Shown here: in pieces, positions 12,270 to 23,550 of the stretch | Numbering within the stretch: position 1 is the first letter of the stretch | Layout of the letters: each line of letters opens with the position of its first letter | Source: Bispira polyomma | Taxonomy: Eukaryota | Assembly: GCA_965649765.1 (NCBI GenBank) | Contig: OZ287756.1 | Span: 7,750,001-7,814,000, forward strand | Direction: 5' to 3' | Length of the DNA stretch: 64,000 bases | The notes under the pieces: model-generated | The model's database searches: none | Seen by the model: only the letters and a program-made list of their open reading frames with translations | What the model was told of the DNA's origin: nothing | Translations under genes and position numbers: made by a program

Positions 12270-13634
12270 AGGGTTTCTGGAATCTCCAATTTGCTTTTTG
12301 CAAGACTTTATCTCAGTAAAATAAAGATTGTATTAGTATTTTTAACTGTATATTATTGGCTACATATACCTGATGCATTACATTGACATTAGAAATTGTT
12401 AAAAGATATATTTTGAAAAAAAAATGAAATTTAACCAGAGATATCATGTCCATTTTGATAATAGACAAAACTTCCATATCAAACTTTTGAACCATGAATA
12501 ACTACGGGCACCCACCTTAAACATACTGCCAATCTTTCCCTGGGAGAAATACTTTCTCTTGTCAGGCTGATCTTAGCTATGTCAGCCTCTACATGGTATA
12601 GAACCTGTCTGAACTGTTCCCTATTTAACCTGAAATAAATGATTATTCTCATCTATGAACACACATTGGTATGTCACAGATCCACACATGGCATCCTTCA
12701 CATGTATAACATAAACATGAAAATCTTTTACTGGGTGAATCTTTTAATTGATGTAGTCCCATAAATATATACAGAATATGTTGGAGAGATTTATAATCTC
12801 TACTTTCAATATCTATTTGAATGTGCATAGATTATATCATTACCATAATACAATTCTAATATAAATTAAAAATCAATACCTCAAATAAAAAACAACAACA
12901 AAGGATTGTGATTCCAGCTATGGTCATGAAAAGCATTGACTGACTTTATTTCATTATGTCCACCCCAGTGGGGGGTGGACATATTATTTTTTAAACCAAG
13001 TAACTATATTCAAGATACTGAAATTTAAAGAGCATAGGTACTCTCAAAAAGTTTTATTACCAGCTGTAAACTATACTAGCAAATCCTATTAATATGTGAA
13101 ATCCCCCCAGTTGCGTAGCACTTATTACACATAGAAGACATTTCTAGTATCATATATCACACAGAAACACATTTTCAGACTTTTTTGTATAAAAGCTTCA
13201 AAATATCTTAAATATTTGCTGACATGTATGTGTTACAAATCAGATGTAATACCTGTGATATACATCACAATGCTTTAACTGGCCCAAACGTGTTGTAGAT
13301 TAGTTTACGGTTTACTGCACTTGGTATAAAGTATCACAAAAAACACGCTTGCTAGGTTACAGTGACATGAAAGTAAATATTGTGACATATTTGACAAGTA
13401 AAACAACAATTACCTGAAATATGCTTTGAATTGTGCTTCTTCAAGAGATAATTCCTTCACAAGGTGATGATATGTACCAAACTGCGTCCTTTTCTTTATT
13501 ATATCAGTTACCCAAAATCTACGTGTTTTCGTACTTGTTTTTTTGGATTTGTATTTCATGTACATGGCCATATAAATTAGTATTTCATTAATTTCCTCTT
13601 GTGCAAAGAGTAGTGCTTTATTTCTGTCAGCCAT
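10742..13634 (-). pseudogene. Harbinger (HARBI1-like, DDE_Tnp_4) transposase, 3 exons, ~420 aa, disrupted: complement(join(10742..11674,12516..12629,13414..13634)); alternative ATG at 13652
   Basis: Spliced product (both introns phase 2, GT-AG) reads RRFWV...FKAYFR|LNREQF...ISPRERLAVCLR|YLATGESYRSLAFSYRIGVSTI...WQFPNCIGALDGKH...NSGSLYFNYKG...GRNSDGG...IVADEAFPL...FNYRQSRARRIIECTFGIL...LHN. The DDE triad is present. There is an in-frame TAA at 11518-11520 and a frameshift at ~11430-11435. Confidence 0.92.
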
Positions 13635-14449
13635 TTTCCTTTTTTGATACATATTGCTTCAATCTGGATCTAAAATTCGCAGTATGGGTGTCATTATATA
13701 TCGGTTATATGTGAACAGAAATTCGTGCGTCGGACATCGCAAATCGGACGTCGCATATCGGAGGCCGCTTACATGTGTACGTCCACTTACTCATACCTGT
13801 TGACAGTTTATTAAAAAGTCTTTTTTTATTTTACCATACTTCTCCATCTGTATGTTGAATTGTTACGATCAATTCTTACTTTAGTCATCAGTTTAATTAA
13901 AGTATGGCTTCATATTCACATATTTACCTGTATATCTAATACCACTACTGTTACACTGTGTTTTATTTTTACTTGTCCATAACTAGACAATGTATAATTT
14001 AATTTGGTTGTATGTCTGCAACTTCAGCAGTTAACCCCCTTTGTTATATACCTTTCATCGGGTTTATTAAAGTATCAAATGTTTTATTCAGTATTAAACT
14101 TTAGCCTTTCTTGGCTCACTATCTTCTCTAAATAAGTTTGCCGCAGCTAGTAGTTGCAACTACCACAATCACAGTCTAGATACAGGCCCCCTGCCTGGTC
14201 GTCAAGCAGCCAGACATCGATGGCATCGGCCACAACAGTGGCCACGGTGATGCAACCGTTATAACAACGTTATAACAACCGTCCAGTGGATAGTGGTCAC
14301 GCGGGAGGCCCCGCAAGGTATTTAATATGTATAAAAAATCTCTAATGTAATGAAGCCTTTTAAAATATTTATCAATTAAATTTCGAATATCGCAATGAAA
14401 CAAACACTTTCAGCTGGGTTCACTTTGGATAACCTGGATTTATAGATGA

Positions 14450-14850
14450 AAGGTACATTTCAACTACAGCTTTGCTTTTGATGATCCCACCCCTGGGAAT
14501 GACCTTCCTGAAGAAAACAAAGTCCCCTTATCTTACTTGTAGATCCACTGTTGACAACCTTGTTTATCCCCAATGACTTGTGTGTTTTGACTATCCACTA
14601 GATTTTTAGGGGCTTTTCTAATAACAAAAATAGGTGATGATAATGATAATAATAATTTGTTGCATATTTCCAGCTACCCTGAACGACACGACATCAAAAT
14701 GATGCAGGAAACAACCACAAAGTATGAAGATGATATCAAGGTGTGACAACATATGACAAGAAAGTCATGAACATAATATTATTTGTCTGCTTAGACGAAC
14801 ACCCATTAATTTACTTACCCATTAATTATTATTGGCCTAATCTTCTCTCA
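14450..14850 (+). repeat. Module duplicated at ~43858-44215
   Basis: aggtacatttca.ctacagctttgcttttgatgatccca...attattggcctaatctt is shared by both copies. Confidence 0.85.
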
Positions 14851-15984
14851 AGCAGTTTTAGTAGAATAATAATAAGCGGCTCATCCGTTATTTCCCTATG
14901 GCTATATTTCTCATTAAAATTTAGCTCATTTTGTAGAATTATGTAGAAACAGAGTTGTTTGCACCATACATGTGTATTTTATTATATACTGTTTATTTTG
15001 TTTTTGGCAGATGAGGACTTTACTCTAGATTCCAACCTACACCAGCAGGAGTCACTGGGTGAGTCGGTATTTGAGGACTCCTCGTCATTGGATCATTTAG
15101 GGACTCTTATTCGGTCTTCTCTAGCATTGCCTCTTCTTCTGTCCAAGTGGAGGACAATTTATTTTGACCCTTTGATATGAAGTATTAACAATTATTATCC
15201 ACTAATGTACACTCAATTATTTATTGAAGTCAGTAATGCCGTTATGATTTGTATGTTTGATAAAAAGTTGGCAGCACAGTTAGTAATGATTTAGGTTTAA
15301 TGTTCTCACATCTGCACAGGTGACATCTGCTGCTGTACTATAAATAAATCGCAAACCCAAATATTAAATGAAAAGTTGGAAATGTGTTACTTTTCTCCTT
15401 TTCAAGATTATTATCAATCTGTATCATTGTATTGTTTTATATTTCCGTTTTATTATATTTCACTACAAATAATTTCTCAGAATGTGAACACTTTAAACTG
15501 AGATGTACGTAGGGGGCTGTGAACACGGCAGTACTTGACTTGCATTTGGCCCCTGTTGTTGTTTTTGTAGATACAACATGTTTGGTGAATGGTGACCAAG
15601 CACTCGTTTGCAATGATAAAGTTATTGAAGAAAGAACAAGTTTTAAGAGGGGACATTGGCATTTGCAGTAAATAAAAAAACCATCAGGGTAAGTTATCTT
15701 TCAAAATTATCCTACCAAAAATGTTTGAATGCCGGATATGTCTAACAAAAACACCTTTTGAGGTTGATTTGAAGCCATACCATCACGTGGTATGCTTGTA
15801 CTGATACGGGATCCTGCTTAGGTACCTTCAGTATAGAAAAAACAACTGGAGGTTACATTGCCATATACATTTTCTAGTTCAGGACCTCAAGTTTGACCTA
15901 AATCTACCTCGCCATAGGTACTCAATAAAGCCTCTTGAGAATCTGACTGTTGTTCACTTGAGATATTTTGATCATTTAAATTAG

Positions 15985-16235
15985 TTAAACATGCCCATGT
16001 TCCGGACCTCTAATGTTATCTAAATCCACCTTACCTTCAGATCTCAAAACAGGTCCCTTGTAAATTGGGTTGATGGATGATAACCATATTGACACTCTTT
16101 TATTGGCAGAATTTCCAGGTTTCCATTTAAATTTAAATCTACACACTACGATTAATGCAATGAATGATATAACTGTTATAAGTTCCACAGGCACTCCAAC
16201 CTGAACACCCAAGTCATCAGGCTTGGTTGATTTAG
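15985..16235 (-). pseudogene. Fragment encoding a single-pass TM helix and cytoplasmic tail with NPxY
   Basis: GVQVGVPVELITVISFIALIVVC-RFKFKWK...INPIYKG: a hydrophobic helix, basic stop-transfer residues and NPIY. No ectodomain is visible. Confidence 0.4.
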
Positions 16236-16289
16236 CATATTAAATAAAGACCTGTTCTGCTTGGTTGATTTAGCATATTAAATAAAGAC

Positions 16290-17490
16290 CTATTAACCAA
16301 ACTTTTCTGGATATTTTACTTTGAATTGTGTTTCAAACTTATTTACTGCTTTATTTACTGAAAACAAAGGATATTATTTATTGATGGGGATTCACTTTAA
16401 TCATGGAACAAAGAATTAGGCTCAGGGTTATATCATTTACATGTAAACACACTTTGTTTATACGGCTGGACTCTGGAGTTTGTCATAAGTACCTTGATGA
16501 CCATCCTCATGTTTGTGAGTACCAACTTATCTATGGTCGACGGTTTGGCTCCATTATGCAAATAGATGTTTACCTCACATGGGATTGCCAACACATCCAA
16601 TTTTGAAGACAAATTGGCCACTCTTCGGTATTCTGATTAAGAATGAATAATTTATTAGACTGGGACGAGATCCAGAGCATCCCAGATTTATCAGTTTATT
16701 GTACAGACAGTGACAAACCTAGTTCTTCACTCAGTTCAACATCAAAGACTGCATCTACAGCCGCTATAGAGTCATCACTCACCAACACATCCCAGTTGAT
16801 TCAACTACTGACTGTTTCTTCATGCTCCAGCTCCAGCTTGCCGCAATCTTTAACAGCTGCAACTGCTGCAAAGCCCTTGGAGGGATTAAAGAAGCATATA
16901 TGGTCTTACCAGGGGGAGCTGTGGTACTAACTGAATGCTAGGCTTCAATACTCAATGTTAAGTTGTATGAAAAATTAATGTGTCTAAAGAATTTGATGGT
17001 GCTGTAGTAGTTGAATATTTGTTGTCCCTACAATGTTGTAATTGAAATTTGTAATTGAAATTTGTCATTTAAATTGGCACTTCACACTCGTATATAATGT
17101 ACTGAAAAGTTTATTTATTACCTCGTAAGTTGATTCACTAAAGGTAATTGGATGCTATAATAAATGGCTGAAATAACATTTCGCTCCTGGAGTACAGGTG
17201 ACAAAGTTTTCTATAAATTTCACAGAGAAATCTGTCAGGTTATTAGAGATTCTCTGTTGGATAAGTCTGCGCTGGCTGGCAAATTGCAAGAACAAGGACA
17301 GTTTCTCTTTTTGGTAAATGACAAGTGTTATTTAAACCTAAAGCAAAAGCAAAGGCCAAAGATAGGCAGGATTATCACAATAGCTGCTTTGTCAAGGCAG
17401 CTTTTGTGGCCCTTATTCATTGCCTTTGTGATCAGGAAAGTGATAAAGAGATATATTTTCATGTGAAGGTGCCATGTGTCATTAAGGCTG
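16290..17490 (+). repeat. Module block duplicated at ~36555-37770; its 3' part also at ~54393-54705
   Basis: acttttctggatattttactttgaattgtgtttcaaac... is shared. Paralogous ORFs MEQRIRLR (16403, 36664) and KAKDRQDYHNSCF (17325, 37522, 54520). Confidence 0.9.
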
Positions 17491-17567
17491 CTAAATATCT
17501 GCAGCCTCATTCCATACCAGAGGGTGTTCTGCTCAAATCTATCGATAATTCGACCTGTAAGCAATAG
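17325..17567 (+). pseudogene. BTB/POZ-like small ORF, family 1 (other copies ~37594-37770 and 54520-54711)
   Basis: AAFVALIHCLCDQESDKEIYFHVKVPCVIKAAKYLQ (AAFVALLHYLC...VPDVLKAAK in copy 3) resembles the BTB C-terminal helices FxxLLxYxY...VxxLLxAAxYLQ. Motif-level resemblance only. Confidence 0.4.
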
Positions 17568-17738
17568 ACACAGAGTTATTTTCGGGCTCACCAGCTTTTC
17601 AAGCATCAAGATTCCCTGTTGTCGTTGTTAGATTCCTATAATTATAAGGAAATAGTTGTAGCGAGCAGAATTGCAAAGTAGCTGAATTGATCAGGTCTAC
17701 AAGTTATTATCAAAGTATGATGCACTCTAAAAGAAAAG

Positions 17739-18335
17739 AATGTTAATTTCAATATGCCATATTTCTAGTTAAAAGGTTTATGACCTATTTAATTTCTGTT
17801 GAATATTGAGTCCTAAGTTAGCCTGGTCAGGGCTTAATGGTTTTAATTGTATTTTAATATTAGGTTTTAGTTTAGCCGTTCTATGGCTCAATGTTAATTT
17901 CTATTTACTATAGTTCAAGTGAAAAGGTTTATGACCTATCTAATTTCTATTTTATTATCAAGTCGAAAACTAGCCTGTTCAGGGCTTAATGTTGTAATTG
18001 TATTTTAATATTATGTTCTAGTTTAGACATCCTATGGCTCAATGTTAATTTCTATTTACTATATTTCAAATTAACAGGTATATGACCTATTTAATTTTTA
18101 TTTTAATAATAAGTCCGAAACAAGCCTATTCAGGGCTTAACGTTTTAATTGTAATTTAATATTAAGTTCTAGTTTAGCCATTCTATGGCTCAATGTCAAT
18201 TTCTACTTGCCATATTTTAAGCTTCTGAAGGTATATAACCTTGTAAATTTTATTGTAACCTTAAGTTTGTTTTAGCCTGCCTAGGGCTCTATGTTAATTT
18301 CTAGTTCCCATATTTCAGTACTTAAAGGATATTTA
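17739..18335. repeat. ~151-bp tandem repeat, about 4 units
   Basis: ctatggctcaatgt recurs at 17881, 18032 and 18183. Units contain shorter internal subrepeats. Confidence 0.85.
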
Positions 18336-18849
18336 CTTTTGTTTTAATATACATTGTTATACATCAAATATTGTGTTTTTACTACTGTGTTTTCAAGTTT
18401 ATTTAATACAGGATCTAAGCTTTGATCAAGACTTAGAATTAATCAAAATAAATGTGACCTCACCATGGACTTATATTCAAACCTGTCCATCTGACCCAAC
18501 TTGTATAGCACTTATCTCTGGGCTAGCGGATTTTAGGACATATAAGACAGAAAATCATATTGTCATTTCATACTACAAAATGTCTCGCAAACTATCTCCT
18601 CCACATGTAACTTTTGTTCTTTCTTAGATACTTTTAACCCTCAGTTGTCAGTTTGTCTACCTGGAAACATCACTGTAAGAAAATAGCACCCAGATCACAA
18701 TATATCATCTTGCTCACGTCCTCCACTCTACAGAGTAAGGTCACACTATCGGGGTTAGAGGTTTAAGGTTAAGATGGAAATATTAGGGTGTCCCCTAGGA
18801 GCAATGGGTTAGTTAAAGTTAGGTATTGAGAGTACTTGTTGTTCACCTA

Positions 18850-19260
18850 TGTTAACTGCAGCATACGGAAGTTGCATACACGAAAAGACTGGTTATACCC
18901 TTAATTTGCTGACGCTAGGTAGAGAAGTTAAGTTACACTTAGAATTAGCACTTCATGCTACTGCTGAGCCATGAATAAAAACAGACAAGTGTCAATATGT
19001 TTTAGATATGAAAGATAAGATGCATAGTATTTTCCAACTTGTCAGCAGTTATTATAAGATGAAGTTGCCAAAGAAAGACTGTGATCCAAGGATTTGTACA
19101 AAAACATATGAAGCAGGGAACCTTGTTTATTATCATGTCAGTAAAAGAAAGTTTGGAAAAAGTTCAAAATTGAAGCCAGATGTATGGACAGGTGTGTTGT
19201 TGTTAGGTTAAGTCCAAGGTTCTACATTTTGACACATTAAAACCATACACCAGTGAAACT
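18850..19260 (+). mobile_element. Gypsy integrase C-terminal remnant (family A)
   Basis: LTAAYGSCIHEKTGYTLNLLTLGREV...YEAGNLVYY...GKSSKLKPDVWTG. Homologous to ~47618-47870. Confidence 0.7.
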
Positions 19261-22125
19261 GTCCCAGAAACGGTCACTAAACTCAAAAATAGTACTGATC
19301 CAAACTAGGCTGATGTTGAGATACTACCAACAGTAACCCAGAACTTGTGCAAGTCAAGGCAGAAAAGTTCAACAAGACCATCTTTCAAAAATCAGGCCAA
19401 AGATTCCAAGGACAGGAAACAACGATTAAATCCTGCTACTGAAAATACGTCAAAGACAAAAAACAAAAACAGAAACCTAATGGGCTTAGTTTCTAAGAAT
19501 AAATTTAACTGCTGACCTCATTTTTTTCAATTGTACACTGGGACACCAAGTTGTTTTTTTTTTAAAGTAGAGCATGCTCGGTTCAGCCTTTGATTCAGTG
19601 AACTTTTGAGACTAAATATGCAATTTCAAAGCAACTTAATGCAAATTCAGTCATATTGTCAGAACTGTTTGTGTATTTTGCTTGAAGGAATAAGAAATAC
19701 TATATCACATGGTAAATCACATCTACCATGGTTCTTTGGGAGTTTTGCTTGAAGGAATAAGAAATACTATATCACATGGTAAATCACATCTACCATGGTT
19801 CTTTGAGAGTTTTGTATGCAATATTTGCTAGGTGAAATTCGACTCAAATCCGAGAGTTTTAGAACATTATGACAACAAAGCTCACAAGTGCAAAGTGGAT
19901 AGCAAAGATCCAGTAGATATTCTGCAGTCGAGATCACAAATTATGAACAGTTTAAATAATCAGCAAGACGTTCAGGCATTTGTGGTAGTAGTGCGGAAAA
20001 AAACATTTACCACAAACTTTGACGGGAAGGACTCATGTGCATCTGTTGAAGGGAACATCATTCCCATCACACCCTACAAAGAGCGACCAGAAGATCAGTT
20101 CCCAGTTCAAACAGGGTTAAAGAGGGACCTAAGTGAGTGCCACAGCAAGGTGGAGGACCTACCAGATCCTCCAGTGAAATCCACCAAAAGGTATTGTTAG
20201 AGGTCGAATCCAGTACATTCCACAGAAAAATTGAGATACCTGATGTCCAAGGGAACACTTTTGATGAGAACAAGCAAATCTTTCCAAACAATGTAGTAAC
20301 AGGTATGTTTAAAATTCGACAACCAAAGCAAATAGTCACAAATGTGACATAAATTTAACTTTTTGCTTCTACACTCGATGAACTGAAAAAAATTCATACC
20401 TGGAAAATGTGTACAAGTTATTAAACTGGTTTTGTGAATGCTTAGCCCCAGAAGCTTGTGGGCAAGCCAGATATGTTTCTATATTCTTTAGATGTTCTTT
20501 CTACATGCTCTTGTTTAATCCTGCATGACTTATTGTACAATTCTATATTTGTGCAATAAAACCTCTTGTATTATATCCTTCTGTATTACAACCTCCTGTA
20601 TAATATATATATCTTATAGTTATATGTATGATCATGCAGAAATACTTTAGATTATGTTTATTCACTTTCTATATCTCTCAATAAAGTAACTCCAGGAGTC
20701 ATGGAAAGTCAATGGTTTGATCACCAAATGGAGTCCCAGGACTCTAGTAACTCTGACTTGGTCCCATTTGATGTGGGAGATAACAACTTTTCTATTGTGT
20801 ATGATAAAGAACATACAACATCGTATTTCATCACTGCCTTTGCAACTTTCTTCAGATTCAACAAGTACAGCTGGCATTTCAGTATCTGACTTTCACCTGA
20901 ATAATATGCTAAACTGTAAATAGTGTTTAACATTGTTCCTTGTTCCTGGTTGTTAAAACATTTATATATTCTTTATTTGTAATATTATACCTTGTGTCTG
21001 AATAAATAAATAATAATAAAAAATAGTGGCTGATAGTTTATGCAGGATGAGATCTACAACTTATCAGACGATCAGATCTAAAACTTCTCAAAGCATGAGA
21101 TCTACAACTTATCAGACCAAGCATCTGACATTAGTAATAGTCTTCCTGACCTACCTTGTGTTACACATATGGATAGTTTCCCACCACTGTACCAAACTCC
21201 ACTCAGAATACTCGTTTCCTCGAGCATGTACCCTCTAACTCTTCCTAAACTTGTTTGCACATATTTATGCTTTGTAACAAACCAAAATTAAATGGTATAG
21301 CATCACACAAAAGCTGATTTATAATATCATCATATCTCTTCTAGGCCGGACGGGGACAACACTCCATTAGTTGCTGAATGAACAGCAATATCCAACCTTA
21401 TGCAGTTAGATGATGATCCTTATTTGGACCATCCACATCCTTCAATGAAGCAGGATCAATGCTCATGCCCCTACAGAATGTCCAGGAGCCCCAACCATGA
21501 ACCACTGGCCAGTATATTCCTGGTGTTGGCAGAGGCCTACTTCTTTTGCAAATGCTGCAATCTGGATCAAGTGCTTCAGCGATTGTCACATCTTCTTCTG
21601 CCAGTGGCGGTTTTAATGCCCATCAATTTGATGATCACGATGACATTGACCTAGATCAGGCAATGCATTAATATTTTCAAGTGCCAGTGGAATATTTTCC
21701 CATATCTTCACCATCTGTCACACCACGTCCAGATTGTCAACTACATATGACAGCACTAATCCATCATATTACTATCAGAACTGATCATGCAGCTGTAAAA
21801 TGGATGCTCACCCGAAATAAAACCTACAAAACGCATAGCAAGATTGGTTGCTTAGATGCAACAATTTACTTAACACAATAAAACACCAATCTGGAAAAGG
21901 CATTGGAAATGTGGATGGTTTGAGGTGAAGACATTACCACGAGATTGAACAACTAAGCCACTAGATGAACAACTTGATACAGTTATTCTTCCAACAAATA
22001 GTAGCATTGGGATAAATGTTGCGTCACTCACCTTCAGGTGCTATCAAGAAAAGATACAATAGAAATGTCGAGCCAGACACACTTCTAACCTGGTGAACTA
22101 GTATGGATTTTCTTCCCAGAAATAA
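19115..22125 (+). repeat. ~3-kb composite block duplicated (with indels) at ~47730-50190
   Basis: Shared colinear sequence and shared junctions. Paralogous ORFs 20197..20397 / 48594..48803 and 21400..21654 / 49525..49854. Confidence 0.9.
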
Positions 22126-23550
22126 ATGCTGGAGGAAGCCACAAATTCTTCCACAACTGGTTTGGTCCAGATTTATTGATAGAGAAAACCAGCCCAACAA
22201 ATTTTAAATTGGTGTGGGCTCATGATTTTATGCCACTTAAAAACCAACATGACAATCAATTGACAATAAACCCAGTACCGCCAGCGAGAAACATAAGGTT
22301 GCACCCAGTGCAAAATCTTGCTGATGGCATACACCAAGTTGATGTAGAATTACCAGACCCATCGGTACTAAGAACCAAAGTTAAGACTCAATCAGACACT
22401 GTCAATATTCAATCAAGTGACCCAAAAGAAAGTGAGTATGAGATCAATAGAATCATTAAAGCAAGATACAACAGACAAGACAACATGGAGTTGCTATTGA
22501 CTTCCCTCTCTAAGGAGGATGGGGGGTTGGTAATAGCTGATGGGACTAGCTAGTCATCACCTGACCACCGCCGACTCCCCCGCCCCAGCATACATCTAGC
22601 CGGATCCCCATAAGGACAAGGAGCCTGACTAGAAACCCCACTAAGGGCCCCAAGAATTGAAATTTTAATTAGAGATACGAGAATAATTCATAATTAGGAT
22701 ATTTCCTTTGTGTATAATATATTTTATATATTTAATCGACATCTTGTGGCGTTTTAAAGTCTATTCAACGTCAAGAAATGTATCACAAATTAAATAGGTT
22801 ATTTAAGTTCAATTCAATCATTTCTGTAAAACACAGGATACCCAGCAAAACCAAAAATATGTGATTTTTAGGCGATTCCCTAAGTACAGGGATCTCTTTA
22901 GTAGTCTTAATACAGGTTTACATTTTGTCGCATGTTTACAAACTACTGATCCCAGTTCACCCACAGTATACCCTTAGTATACCCTGGCGAAGTGTGAATA
23001 GGATGGGCCTGGCAAATCCTGGACTATGTATTGTTTTGTTCCTAGTTAGAGAGACATCTACTCTTTGGTTGCTGTTCTTTAAAACAAGAAATACAATTAA
23101 TTACAAAACAAAATGTCACTCAACAGACCACTATATCACTGTAGACTGCAACTTGATCTAAGTTATGAGACAGTTGATGAGCCTGCGCATGACGAGATAA
23201 ACAGCGCTTTGCGGCACAGAAAAGTGGCATTGTTTCCAACTTCCTTCAGAATTTTTGTGCTGGCATTTAGTCACGGAGGTTTCTCCTTTGCACCAGAAAC
23301 CATTTCCCTGGTGTAGCCATATCAAAACATATTGAGTATGAGGAGGTTATCTGTCAGATTACATCTCTACCTGATGAAGAAATAGGTAGTTTATATCTCT
23401 CACATATCTTGTATCTATTTAAATTATTAAATATATATATATCCTTTAAAATGTTTGCCAACTCTGGTTTTGCAAAATGCAGTGCACTGCTATGTGTATA
23501 TTGTCTGCTGCTATTTTTACTGTTATTCTCCTCATTTGTAAAAGTTAAGT
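20853..23550 (+). repeat. ~2.7-kb near-tandem direct duplication (second copy ~25093-27693)
   Basis: Continuous similarity from cagattcaacaagtacagctggcatttc to ctgttatt..tgtaaaagtt. Confidence 0.92.
21755..22650 (+). mobile_element. Abridged Gypsy pol remnant (family B): RNase H piece, integrase GPY/F region, chromodomain, PPT and LTR start
   Basis: Reads TDHAAVKWML (EPTGRIARFVAYMQQF in the 25970-26080 copy), PGELVWIFFPEINAGGSHKFFHNWFGP...EKTSPTNFKLV and EYEINRIIKARYN. PPT AAGGAGGATGGGGGG at 22512-22526 is followed by TG(G)TAA. Confidence 0.75.

Larger units (their letters stand above)
9353..13786. mobile_element. Full-length PIF/Harbinger DNA transposon (4,434 bp)
   Basis: TTA at 9350-9352 and 13787-13789 is the canonical TWA target-site duplication. 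Left TIR GTGTATGTACACATGTATGCGGC (9353-9375) matches the right TIR reverse complement GTGGACGTACACATGTAAGCGGC (13764-13786) at 20/23. Encodes a Harbinger DDE transposase and a MADF (Myb/SANT-like) partner protein. Confidence 0.95.

Noticed and set aside
18745-18830. Interstitial telomeric repeat
   Set aside because: Only scattered degenerate GGTTAG words, with no real array.
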